From NCBI GenBank assembly GCA_964188305.1, contig OZ076892.1: a DNA stretch of 64,000 nucleotides; one strand, given 5' to 3'. The notes beneath the pieces were generated by a model. That model searched no databases. It was not told where the DNA came from and saw nothing but the letters and a program-made list of their open reading frames with translations. Source of the DNA: Podarcis bocagei. Its lineage: Eukaryota. Numbering within the stretch: the stretch's first letter is position 1; each line of letters opens with the position of its first letter. Below are positions 1 through 49,004 of this stretch, piece by piece. Made by a program: the position numbers and the translations under genes.

Positions 1-21
1 GAGCCAGTCGCCGCTGCCGCG

Positions 22-5127
<5,106 letters not shown>

Positions 5128-5390
5128 ACCATCCCCAGTGGCTTGTAGCCTAGGATAGTTTTTACCCCTCCCTCCCACAGGAAAAAACAAAGGGATGTCA
5201 CCAACCTGCTCACAGTAGTTGTGCTTAGCGGGTGTTCTCACCGTACTGTTTTATTTGTGAATATTGAACAGATGAGTGCCAGTATAGACAAGCAGCGCAG
5301 CTTTGTAGACCTGCTATAAAATTTGCACAGGCACATTTGCTTTAAGCCTCTGGAATTTTAAACTATACTGTATGTGTGTGTTAAGTTGCC

Positions 5391-5396
5391 AATAAA
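5391..5396 (+). terminator. Candidate proximal poly(A) signal of MAP1LC3B
   Basis: AATAAA about 260 nt after the stop codon; usage is not demonstrated. Confidence 0.45.
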
Positions 5397-7085
5397 AGGG
5401 ATGTTTGCATTAATCATAGAAAATGGGCTAGCATTTAGCAGCAAACTGAAATACTTGCGTGTGACATCTCATAATGTTAAATCATGTTTCAGCTCCTGAA
5501 AACTGCTTTTTAAGAAAGGGAACAAATAGGAGTAATGGTCTGCTTCTTTTAACCTTTTTTTGATAGATCAGTGCATGTGATGAAAGGGGTGGGCATTAAT
5601 TCATTGGTACTGTTACTTTAGAAGGCAAAACATCAGATTGCTAATTATTGTTATATACCAAACATCACAGCTTTATGCTAGTTTTAGGAAATATATACAT
5701 AACTGTTGTCAAAGAAAAGCTTCAGTCTACCCAGAGTTTGGTATTCTGTTCTACACCTTGTTAAATTTATTCTAATTAAATCAACCCAAACCCTCAGCAA
5801 AGAGGACTTCATTTTGTCAGTCAGAAAGCATTGGGAGGTAGCAGGGTTTTGAGGTTAGCCAATTGCCAAAGTAATACAGTAAACATTGGCAAGCCTCGCA
5901 GCTGTTGATGTTTCTCTTTATATTTAGCATATTAACCTCGCTACCCAAGTTCTTGATTTTCATTGAAATACATGAACATTTTTGTATTTCCTCGTTGGCA
6001 GAAAGCCCTTGTTTCCTTTAGCTGCATTTCAAACTATCAAAACTCAAAAAGAATTTCCCTTTGTTTTAGACTGGGCAATATCTAAAGTTGCAAAGAAGTT
6101 TGATCACTGCTTCCAGTCAGTTGCATAGGGACTTAAATTTTGCTGTAAACAGGGTATGTCCTGTGCGAAAGGAAAGTAATTCAGATAGTGTCCTGCTTCC
6201 CCATTTGTTATACAGTGAAATGTAGTAAGCTAAGACTTATCCTTGTATATTAATGCATGTGAATTTAATTATGTTATAGCAAACAAATTTTTATTATGTG
6301 GAGAAAAGAGGCTAAATCTTGACATGCTGTAAAATATCAATATGACATGCAGTTTCTACCTTTGCATGCATCTGTTCAATGCTTGCTTCTAACAAGTTCA
6401 CTGTGAGCTTTTACTTCACTGTAAAATTTTAAAGTCTTCTGTTCAGTTACTATTTCTTCATAAGACAGCCATCCTTACAATGGGCTAATGGCTGCTCTTG
6501 TATAAATGTTGATTTTTCTTTTGTTTTTTAAAGTGCTGAAATGGATGATTCCATCTCAACTTGATTAGAAGTTAAGCTTATATACAAGTCCATTTTAAAA
6601 TGATCTTAATGCTGTATATGAAGAGCAGTAGACAGAATTGAACAAAAGCCTTCAGCCTCCCACAACTTTGGCTCAGATTCCTTTACTGTTGCAGAATAGA
6701 ACATTGTCACAAAAGTAGGAGATTCTGTGGCCATACTAATGACACTTGTGAAGATGCTTGAGCTATGAAAATCAACACTGCCTGCTTTCTGTGTGTGGGC
6801 AAGATACTGGATTCCAAATGAAACAGAGAATTAAGTACCTGTTTGAGAACATGGAAAAGCTCCTGACGGAAGAAACTGATATCCCAGGCTGCAGTGTGGC
6901 TTTTCTGTACCCTTCAGAGCACCTACCTAAAATGGACAACTTGCAGATAATGCTGTTGGATAGCTCTGCAGTACCTGTCTACAGCTGCCACATTTGAGAC
7001 AATGCATGTTTATGTTAGCCTTTGGTTGAACCTGCTGCGCTTGCAGTAAGTTTTCTTTAGCCTCCCACTGAAAATGGAAAAAAAT

Positions 7086-7091
7086 ATTAAA
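7086..7091 (+). terminator. Candidate distal poly(A) signal of MAP1LC3B (ATTAAA)
   Basis: ATTAAA followed by CA at about 7112 and a T-rich tract at 7123-7137. Confidence 0.45.
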
Positions 7092-7124
7092 AGTGAGGAT
7101 GTCTGAAAAGACACTACTATAGTC

Positions 7125-7130
7125 TTTAAT
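7125..7130 (-). terminator. Candidate poly(A) signal of ZCCHC14 (ATTAAA on minus strand)
   Basis: tttaat on plus; upstream AU-rich block with TGTA elements and TGTAAATA (7277-7284, minus); downstream U-rich tract on minus. Confidence 0.55.
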
Positions 7131-10100
7131 TTTTGTTCAGTACATTAAATTTACTCAGATAAAAACATTCTAAAAATGTACAATTTTACCTTTAACAAAG
7201 TATAATAAAACATAAAAATTCAAATACCAGAATACTTGACATTTACAATTCAAAATCAAATTAGGTGGATATTAAATATTTACAAAACTTTTAATATTTA
7301 TATAAAGTTACATGCACATTTGTAATATAATGTAAAAGAAATGGCTCGAAATGGGCAGAGGTGTTTCCTTCATTCCTAATGGAAAGTTATTTCTGAAAAG
7401 AAAGATGTTAACCTGTGCTGCAAGACATAGGCTCTTCCTATGTTTATAAGAAGTTAGTATGCAGAAATAGTTCCAAAGGTAGTTGGAAGAGTAAAAATTG
7501 TTTGAATATTTGTTGCTTTCTGAATTACTATTTTAATTCTGCCTTTGGCCATATCTAAGTAAAGCAGCTTAAGAGGCTTATAAGTGTCTGTTCAGAAGCA
7601 AAACAAAATACCCACCCTTCCCTCCCACCTTAAAATAATTAAGTTGGCCTCAGTTTAGGGCTTTTCCCATAAAATGGTATTGTACCCATTGAATAACTTG
7701 CCTTTTACTTGGGGTGGCTTACATTTGGGTGTCTCTAACAGAATTCTAGGCTGGCATGAAAAAAAGGGTTTGACATAATTAAGAAAGACCCTTCTTTGTT
7801 CAGGCATGGGCCCGCATACTGCTCGAGAAATTTACCATTAACTAAGTCATGCCTAGTTAAAATCTTAGTTATATGCAAATAGCAATTCTCCAGCAGTTTG
7901 CCATGCCAGTTTTTAGTACATAGTTTGTTTCATACAGACAAGGGCTTTTGATGGTTCTGTTTTATGCTCTCTTCATGACGCAAGTTACATTCTCTAGTGT
8001 AAAGTTTCAGCCAAACTATGATCTATGCAGCTAGTGTTCATTCCTCTTGCACTTGAGTCTTGCTTCAAAGTCCTCTGCCTGTATGAAACATTGGCAGCCA
8101 CTTTGTGGATGAAATAGTAGAGAACAGCTTTAATAAAATTAAGTCACTATGTAGGCTTGCCTTTCTATGTCTCAGTTTACCTTTAGAAACGAACAAGGCA
8201 ATTGGCTCTCCAAAGCTTTCCCCTGGTAATTCCACTTGTCCACTAGTTAAGTTAAACATAGTTTTGTTTGACAGCCCAACAGCTAGCTGAGACAGCTTTC
8301 TTTTTATATGAATGGAAACCATATTTCTGAACATCATACTGATCATGGGGCCATCTTTCTAGAAACTTTCCAATTTAAATGCCTGATAAAGGCTTTCTGT
8401 TGATCCTGGAAAGTTTGTATGGTGTTTGGTTATTTCTGTTTAAGAACTGATACATTTGGCTTTTGGCACATTTTGGGCCAATGGGAAGGCTCCCAACTTT
8501 TAAGAGTAAACAATAACTGACAGATTTAGTACAGAGTGGCATGTTTCTGCTGATGTCAATCAGGGTCATTAAGGCAAAGTAAATTGCTCTGTCAGTTCTC
8601 ATTACCTCTGGTAGTTTTACAAGTTTCCTAATGGTATCCACCTCTATTAGCCGTCTCAGAAGTTCAGTCATTACACGCATAATTAAATATTGTGGGTTGG
8701 ATCTAACCCTATATGTAATACTGTTTTGGTAAAGCCAAACTGAGGATATGAAAGTCTAGCACTTCATTGCATAGAAATAACTGAAGTTGGATGTAGGGCT
8801 GCTACAAACCATGTGTTTTTACAACTTTGGACTTGGTCTCTATGAAGCTGAGAAATGGCAGGAAGCTCATGCTAAGCTTCTCCCAGAGTTGAATATGCAA
8901 AACCCATTGAATGCCTACACCCAAGAGAATACACCAGTTTGTTTTTAAAGGCAACAGGTAAGGATAATAGAGCTTATTTCTGATGATATAGAAAACAATA
9001 GTGGAGTACCTGGTTTTCTGTCAATCCTACCATTATTTCCACAAGATCCACTGTTTTACTACCTCATGGATATGCAGTGCAGTGATACAGCCAACCCCAC
9101 CTCCCTGCACCTTCAACCATACAATACTTTCAAGCAGAAATACTCATTTGCCACCTCCATAGTAACATATTGTGCACAGCCACTAAAATGTCCTATGTGG
9201 GGCAGTTTAAACTTCAGCCCTATCAATGATAGAAGATAGCTACAACCAATTCAGCATGAATACAAAAAGGTATGCCTCCTTTTGACCAGGTAGGTCTACA
9301 ATGTTTCAGTTCTGAGCTTTGCTGGCTTTAGTGGAAAAGAATTCTAACTATTTAACATCAAAGCCAATACTCTACGTATTTCAAATAAAGGAGGCAGACT
9401 ACAAACCCGAGTTGTGGTTAAGATGTACAGCCGTTTCTTACTTTGTGACTTCTATATCGTGTAAGCAAGAGCCCTTGTAGAAAGACTTTTGCTATGCAAA
9501 GTAAAGCAACAACTTGCAAACTCTGCTGCAGGAGTCTGTGTTTTAAAACTCGGTTTCAAAGGTAGAGTACTGTTTCCTGTGGCAGAAACTAATATATGGT
9601 AAGATTTGAAAGTTGTAGAGGAAAAGTATTTTTTTAAAGACCTGTTTGAGCTCAGTCTCTGGCACTAGACCCTTGGAAACGTAAGTTTAATCCATGACTG
9701 ACAAATAAATGCCGACAAGCATAGCATAACCATTTCTAGAATGAACTGAAACTTCTACCTTTGTTCTTTTGGAAGAGAGGGAGGGTTAAGATTTCTTTAT
9801 TAGAAGTTCACATAGCCTGCTGGTGCCTATTTCCAACCATTGGAACGTCTCTCGCACTGATCTCAGTCTGCTAAAAGTGCAGATAGAATTATACATTCTT
9901 CTGTAGTGCAATCCTTTAAAATCCCAGAGTGTGGTGCCTGATTAGTTTTTGAGAAAAAGTAGACATGTTTACCTAGCCTCAAATGTCAGAGTCCAGCAGG
10001 CAAATGGCTACTGTACCGTCAACCTCTAGCTCTCACTCCAGATTACAACATAGCTGCCCGGGAGTTCGAGTTTCCAGCACAGAAGATCAAAGTATGGCAA

Positions 10101-10402
10101 CATTCTTCAGCAAAAGTGCAGGAGTTTGTTTACAACAAAAAAGGGTAGTTGGCCAGTTTCACCTCCCATCTGGAAGGTCCAACATTTAAGATCCATGTTA
10201 TAATTTTGGCAAATCAGTAAAAATGGGTTTGATAAACCCCTAAGCTTCAGTTTCTTCCTAGTGTAGTGAAGTAGAGCACCTTTGGATTAAAAAAATAATG
10301 TTAATAAGCTCAACAAGTGGACTTCTCAGATTCCAATTTGAAATTCTGTAATTACTCCATGGGCTTTTGCCATCACAAAAAAAGAAGTCCATGGAGTTAC
10401 TG

Positions 10403-42510
<32,108 letters not shown>

Positions 42511-42869
42511 CTAATAGGGCCTAGCCTGAAAGAGGGTTTGGTTGTTGGTTTGTAAAAGGAGGCAGCACAGATACCAACACTGAAGGGAAAGGTAGACAGA
42601 GCACCCCCACCCACCACCCCCAAAAAGAAAAAGAAACTACGACTGAGGATCTGGTTGCTAATAAGGGTAAAAGTGCAGAGACCAAATTAATGAAGGGTGC
42701 AGGACCTGAAAAGGGAGGGAGAGAGGGAGGCAGAGGCAGAGCAGCTTCTGCAAGGCTGCAAAAGCGGATAAAAGTGGAGGACCCTCAGAGATGGGGCCAA
42801 GCACGAAATCAGAGCACCCCAATGGGGGAGAGGGAGAGGAGAGAACAGTGAGGACCCCAGCAGAAGGCC

Positions 42870-43960
42870 TCGATCGGAGGGCCAAAGGGGGCCCTGATCA
42901 GGTGGGGGAGGGGCGAGGGTCTTCCTCAACGGGCTGATGATGGTCGAGGCTGGGGGAAGGGCGGAGGAGGGCGGCGGGCGAGGGGCTGAGGTACCCCCCC
43001 GGCATGAAAAGAAGGGGTAGGGAACCGGGTGGGCCTCACGTGTTAATCTCCCCCCTCCTCAGAAACCGAGGCTAAATGGGGGGGGGGGCAAGGGGAGGGA
43101 GCTGAGGGAGGGCCTAGGCCCGTTATTTGGCGGATGAGGAGTGGAGGCCTCCTCTTGATTTCCCACCCTCCTCCTTTCCCCCTCACGGGGCGGCTCCCTC
43201 CCTCCGCCTCAGCCCGGCTCTCTCCATCCCCCTCTCCGGCAGGGCGGAGGAGAAAAGCCCGCCGCCGTCGCTGCTCACCCGCCCTCCTCCTTTCTTCCCT
43301 TGTTTTCCCGTCAGCCGCCGCCTCCTCCTCCTCCCCCCGGCGGCCAATCCACCCGCTTCGCCCGGCCGCCGTGCCGTTTCCTCCCCCGCCTCTCCGGTTC
43401 CAACGGCCACTAGCACGACAAAAGAAACCCCCGCGGTAGGCAATAGGCGGAGGCACACACGGTGCTGCTGCTGCCGCTAGTGCTGCTGCCGCCGCCGCCT
43501 CCTTCGCCGCCGTTATGTGTGGTGAGTGTGTGTGATTCCAAAGGCGGAAGGATCCCTCTTCGGCTGGAAGTGAATCGACCAGGCCGGCTGGGAAAGGAGG
43601 AGGAGGCCGGGACTCATTCGCGCTCGCTGCCCCGCCCACTCCTCCCACTGACGCGTCGCGATTGGTCTGAGCTCCTGCACCCTTTCCTTCATCCCCCTCC
43701 TCAGCTCCGCTGACCTCCGCCGCTTTCTCTCAGCTCTCCTCACCGCCCGCCCAACGGCAACCACTCGCGTGCCGCCGAACATCAGCGGCTGTCAATCACG
43801 TCCCCCAAAGCCCCGCCCTTCAGCGTGTGGCGATTGGGCCAGGCTCTGATGGAGGGGCGTGGCCGTAGAGGGTCTGTTTCTGCGCGTGTTTGGGGCACGT
43901 GCTTGCCTTTGCCTTGATATGGCGGGGAAGAAAGAAGCGCCTCGGCCAATAGGAGGCTAG
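42870..43960. promoter_or_regulatory. CpG island covering the ZCCHC14 promoter and 5' leader
   Basis: Visibly GC- and CpG-rich block with CCAAT/ATTGG boxes (about 43661, 43833, 43946), a GC box (43811-43818) and a CACGTG E-box (about 43896). Confidence 0.8.
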
Positions 43961-43967
43961 GGCCCTG

Positions 43968-43980
43968 GTTGCTTAGCAAC
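43968..43980. promoter_or_regulatory. RFX X-box motif GTTGCTTAGCAAC
   Basis: Imperfect palindrome matching the RFX consensus at the CpG-island edge. Confidence 0.6.
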
Positions 43981-44063
43981 AGGGAGATGGGGCTAGGGAA
44001 AGCCTGAATCGATAGGGCGAGAGGAGGGGGAAGTTACTCGTTGATGGGACGAGAGATGCTCTG

Positions 44064-44076
44064 GTTGCCTAGCAAC
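44064..44076. promoter_or_regulatory. RFX X-box motif GTTGCCTAGCAAC
   Basis: Second consensus X-box 96 bp from the first. Confidence 0.6.
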
Positions 44077-44291
44077 CAAGGCAGCTGCGGTGACTGGGTC
44101 AGTTGGGAAGGGGTCTTCAGGCTGTCTTGAGGAAGTGAGGACAAGAGGGAGCAAATGAAGAAGTTGGAGTCCACAATGGACCACCTTAACATGGTGGAAA
44201 GAAAGGCCTATGTTAGCCTTCCACAACCTAGTCTATAAAAACTTTCCTTGTACCAAAAGAGATGCTTGATTAACAACAGGCTAAGATGTCC

Positions 44292-44728
44292 GTATAGTTA
44301 AAGCTATGGTTTTCCCAGTAGTGATGTATGGAAGTGAGAGCTGGACCATAAAGAAGAAGGCTGATCGCCGAAGAATTGAGGCTTTTGAATTATAGTGCTG
44401 GAGAGTCCCATGGACTGCAAGAAGATCAAACCTATCCATTCTTAAGGAAATCAGCCCTGAGTGCTCACTGGAAGGACAGATCCTGAAGCTGAGGCTCCAA
44501 TACTTTGGCCACCTCATGAGAAGAGAAGACTCGCTGGAAAAGACCCCGATGTTGGGAAAGATGGAGGGCACAAGGAGAAGGGGACAGCAGAGGACGAGAT
44601 GGTTGGATAGTGTTCTCGAAACTACCAGCATGAGTTTGACCAAACTGCGGGAGGCAGTGGAAGACAGGAGTGCCTGGCGTGCTCTGGTCCATGGGGTCAC
44701 GAAGAGTCGGACACGACTAAACAACAAC
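44292..44728 (+). mobile_element. 5'-truncated RTE-BovB LINE 3' end
   Basis: Highly similar to the copy at 16.6 kb; (CAA)n tail; TSD AAGATGTCC 44283-44291 / 44729-44737. Confidence 0.9.
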
Positions 44729-44756
44729 AAGATGTCCTAATTCTTATACTGTATGT

Positions 44757-44893
44757 CAGGCAGAGGCAAACTCGGCCCTCCAGATGTTTTGGTACTACAA
44801 CTCCCATCATCCCTAGCTAACAGGACCAGTAGTCAGGGATGATGGGAATTGCAGTCTGAAAACATCTGGAGGGCTGAGTTTGCCTTACGCCTG
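44757..44893. mobile_element. Palindromic hAT-type MITE
   Basis: Near-complete hairpin with CAGGC...GCCTG ends; 8-bp TSD CTGTATGT 44749-44756 / 44894-44901; degenerate relatives near 25875, 35085, 48600, 57200 and 59530. Confidence 0.85.
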
Positions 44894-45029
44894 CTGTATG
44901 TGGTATACCACTTATGTGGTGGAATGGAACCAGTGAGGCATAGTTCTTTCAGGATACAAATTCTGGAGAAGGGACACCAGCAATAAAACTCCTTAAATGC
45001 ATTGGTAGCAGGTGACCAGCTGGGGAGGT

Positions 45030-45120
45030 GGTTCAACCTTGGATGATAAGGGAATCAAAGGTATCCTAAAGGAGTTTGCAGAGAAGTTGAATGTTGTTTT
45101 TGCATTTCTCTTCACAGCAG

Positions 45121-45164
<44 letters not shown>

Positions 45165-46035
45165 CTATTAAATTTGTATGCCACCCCTCATCTGAAGATC
45201 ACAAGGCAGTTTACAAAAAAAATAAAATAAATACAAAATAGAGAATACAAAAATCATAATAAGATATAGGGCAGATCTCTGTGCCTACTTTTGCAGGAAG
45301 GGAATCTGAGGAACTGAGTAGTGACAAGATATTCCAGGCTAGGGCGATTCATTGTTTCATACCAAGTGGGCCGCAAGAGTACTTTGACATGGAACCCACG
45401 GGCCACACACTGCCTTATTGTGGGGGGGGGGGTGAGGCCAAAATCTGACAACCTACTGCCCCCAGCCCTCCTCCTGTCTTCCCAAAGGTGCCAGGCTTTG
45501 GGAAGGAAATGCAAGGCTCTGGCATGGTCCTAGAACCCTCCTATCTCCTTCCCAAAGCTAGAAAGCACTAACTAGGCTTTGTGAAGAGACAGGAGGACTC
45601 TAGGACACTGTCAGAGCCCTCACACCTTCCCAAAGTACAGTGCCTTGCTTACCACTTTGGGAAGGCAGGCAAGGGCTGGTGTGTGTGTGTGTCTAATTTT
45701 GCTTAGGGCCACTAAAAAGGCATTGGACTACCATGTTCTAGGCCTTGTTGACAAATTAAAAACTGACAAATCACTGGGTTTGGATGGCATCCACCCAAAA
45801 GTCCTGAAGGAACACAGGTGTGAAATTGCTGCTCTCCTAACAAAAATACGTAAGTTGTTTTTAAGATCAGCCTCCATACCTGAGGCCTGGAAAGTGGCCA
45901 GTGTATTACCATCTTTTCGAGAGGAATCCAGAGGAAGTCTGGAAAATTATAGGTTGGTTAGCGTATCTCTGTTCTGGAAAAACTTGTGGAAATCATTAGT
46001 AAATATACAATTGCCAAGCGTATATAAGAATATGT
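45030..46035 (+). mobile_element. Fragmented CR1 LINE ORF2 relic interrupted by later insertions
   Basis: EFAEKLNVVFAFLFT, then KSLGLDGIHPKVLKE...IPEAWKVASVLPSFREESRGSLENYRLVS, matching the CR1 pre-RT motifs KSPGPDGIHPRVLKE...WKVANVTPIFKKG...NYRPVS. Confidence 0.75.
45121..45163. repeat. (ATT)n microsatellite
   Basis: Direct reading. Confidence 0.95.
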
Positions 46036-46338
46036 TTTGCACATTAGTGATAATTTAGACAGTGACTGAAAATAAAACCACTAATATTACACAGTACAGT
46101 TATACTAATCTAAGGTGCAATCACAAAGAGATGTATAAAATTATGCATTGTTTAAGAAAGTGGATAGAGATTCACTGATAAAACTCAGTGGGGCCATCTA
46201 ATGAAGCTGAATGTTGGAAGATTATGTACATATAGGCAAGATGCTTTTGCCCACATATGTTCTCCAGACTGATCTCACATGACTGAAAGAGGCCAGCTGA
46301 GAAGACTAACTCTTGTAGGAAATAGAAACACAGGGAAC

Positions 46339-46687
46339 TGTTGTGTATTGAGTCAAAGGATTTTATATCTGTATTATTATTGTCTGTATTTGCATTAGGG
46401 TAAAGTAACTGCCTTTTGGTTCCAGAGGGTACAGCTACTATTGGTTCATTTAAGCTGCTGTATTTGGATCCTCTGTCTTATTGGTTCCCTCCAAAAGGCA
46501 GGACTGTGATTGCCTGATATTGTTCCCTCCAAAATGTATCCTTTCTTGCTAGTTCCCTGTCCCTATAAATGTAGCTTTCCTCTCCCCAGTCTTTAGTCTT
46601 GTTGCTTTAATAAAGAAGTGTTACTAGAGAACTGTCTCCAGCATGTTATATCAAGAGAGCTGAAATCACAAACCCCACGTCACAACA
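46339..46687 (+). mobile_element. Solo LTR
   Basis: TGTTGTG...CACAACA inverted termini; 5-bp TSD GGAAC 46334-46338 / 46688-46692; ATTGG boxes, TATAAA at 46564, AATAAA at 46609. Confidence 0.85.
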
Positions 46688-47137
46688 GGAACCATCAAAG
46701 TATGACAGGTTTATATTAAAAAAGGGAGACTACTATCAATGACTAAAATCATGCTAAGCTACTTCTTTGGCACATTCTTTATTCTCTGGTACATCCTGAT
46801 CAGTACCCCTCCCCCCTCATTTGTGTTTCCTCTCAAAACAAACTGCTCCCACCCCCCAATAGTGTATTAAAGGGTCAATAAGCGGTGGTGTCCTATAGGA
46901 ATCAATATCAGATACGTGATATTTCAGTTGTTGACATGCACAGTGATGGCCACTGGTTTTCATTTCTTGAACAGGGAACTGTACAAATTAATGGAGCAGG
47001 CAAATTAGCTGTGAGCTTCTATGTTAAGCAGGATGGCTAAATGGAGGCAGTGTGCCATGGAATAGCAGCTGCTAGGCTCATACCCTAGGAGTTTGGGTCC
47101 ATCTAAGCCTTCCACTGCAGCCATATCCAATGATAGT

Positions 47138-47370
47138 TAGGGCTGCTATATTTCAAAGAGTGAAAATCTGGACAGGAAAGTTGTCAAACTTTTTTTTTGG
47201 GGGGGGATGCAAAAATAAATTCATTTTGAGCTATTTCTATGGGAAACTGGCAAAAACAGCTTCCATATCTCCGGATTTCCCCGGACATTTGCCTGATTTC
47301 TGCCCAGACACTGCTGCCGACTGCAGTATTCTGGGTATGTCTGGGGAAATCTGGACCTATGCCAACCCTA
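47138..47370. mobile_element. Probable hAT-Tip100-like non-autonomous element
   Basis: TAGGGCTGC...GCCAACCCTA ends and repeated CTGGAC/CCGGAC subterminal motifs; TSD not clean. Confidence 0.55.
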
Positions 47371-47752
47371 ATTAGTATAAATGTTTTAGTTAATAGCTGA
47401 CAGTGAAATCAAACATAGAAAACTTGATTTAAGATGGGGCCTTTAGTGCTAATGTCTCATTTCCTATTTTGTCTGATAGGATTCAGCTTCATGCAGTGCA
47501 TTCTCTCAGGTTAGAGCAGGGGCAGCAGCAGCAGCAGCAAGTGAAGGTTCTTTCCTTCATGCCCTGCTTGTGGGCTTCCTGGAGGCACTGGTAGAAACAG
47601 GATCCTAGGCTAAAAGTGCCCAATTGGGTTTTATCAAGCAGAGCTCTGCTTATGTCCATATGTGCCATTAATGTATAAACAACAACAACAGGTTAAGGCT
47701 AAACAGCTCAGGAGGAATGCAAGTCTATGTTAGTTCCTTCAGAACATGATAA

Positions 47753-47765
47753 TGCCATCTAGTGG
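47753..47765 (-). promoter_or_regulatory. Candidate CTCF site CCACTAGATGGCA
   Basis: CTCF core motif on the minus strand between ZCCHC14 and JPH3. Confidence 0.55.
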
Positions 47766-47821
47766 AAGTTTTATAGTAGCGCTCCACAGTCCCCCGCTTC
47801 GGTGCTTTCCATCCATACTGG

Positions 47822-47965
47822 CAGTGCTTTTTTTCTGGGGGAAACGGGTACACATACCCCTAAGCATTTTGTTAATATAAGTTTGGCCTCATTGAGGGGC
47901 AGTATTTCAATATGAGTAGGAAAATGAGAATACCCCTAAACATATTTTTTTTGAAAAAAGCACTG
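47822..47965. mobile_element. hAT-type MITE
   Basis: TIR CAGTGCTTTTTT/AAAAAAGCACTG; perfect 8-bp TSD CATACTGG 47814-47821 / 47966-47973. Confidence 0.85.
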
Positions 47966-48990
47966 CATACTGGGATAGCAGAAAACTAAACTTGGAAGAA
48001 AATGCTATATATTTAATCAAGTGCTTAAATAAAAGGTGAAGATGCACATAGTTACAGAGTGAAATCCAATTTTTTTCAAATTTTTGCTTGGTGATTACAG
48101 TAACTGTAATACATATAAAGATGCACAATATTTGTGTGTGTGTGATATCATTGCAGAGCGCAATGTAGGTACGTGAGCAAGCTCATACATCTGCAAAAAG
48201 TTGTCAAAGCTTGTCATACAGCCTTTTATGTGGGCACAGTCCAGCAACTGTGTGTATGTTCGGAGTAAAACTCCTGAGACACTTCTGGTTACCTGAACTG
48301 CAAACTTGTCTATGGGCTAGTTTCTCTGTTTAAAACATGACACGGCAGGTTTGGTCACTTCATTACGGAAACAATTGTGTGGCCTTCTAACATCTGCTAG
48401 TCCACCATGCAAACAGAACGCTGGATGAGAGAGGCTTTTGGTATGACCCAGCAGGGCTCTTCTGAGATTCTTGGAATGACTTTAAGGCTTAAGCCCCCTT
48501 TGAAGTGAATATATCAAGGATTGCAATGCAAGACGCAGTTCTACACATGCACACACCTCCCCAACAAGGCAAACAAGAGGCATTAAGAGACCAGCTGGTG
48601 GGAGTTGTAGCCCAAAACATCTGGAGGACACCCAGTTGGTGAAGGCGGACATCCATTTCAGGTTGCATAACCTGAGAGTGATGGCTTCGCTCTGCAGCAA
48701 GCTGTGTTTTCCATTGGTAACCATATTCCATATGAAAGATCTTCAGGAGGCAGTTTCCTGTCATGTACCAAGTTATTTCTAAGCCTCAGCAAGACAAAGG
48801 AAGATCCCTTGAACTCTTTGTTGCAATGAGGGCAAGGAGTGTAGCGCAGGTTGGAAATATATGTTCCTGCATATATTCTCTTCAGTGCCCCCATTTCCTC
48901 CTTTGTTCCCACGCAGCTAATATCGCAACTTTGGATAAAAAAAAATAAAATTATTTATAGACCCAAACTCTGCAAAGGACACAATTGGTT

Positions 48991-49004
48991 GTTGCCATGG
49001 AAAC
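48991..49004. promoter_or_regulatory. RFX X-box motif GTTGCCATGGAAAC
   Basis: Consensus match in intergenic DNA. Confidence 0.45.

Noticed and set aside
7130-10402. Autoregulatory CNGGN pentaloop hairpin (ZCCHC14 SAM ligand) in the ZCCHC14 3' UTR
   Set aside because: A manual scan of CNGGN occurrences found no convincing closing stem; a computational fold would be needed to exclude it fully
43043-43782. Several 80-200 aa ORFs in the CpG island
   Set aside because: Stop-poor GC-rich sequence giving low-complexity translations with no recognisable family
47522-47539. (GCA)6 tract as an HDL2 repeat homolog
   Set aside because: Short and about 15 kb upstream of JPH3, in the wrong position
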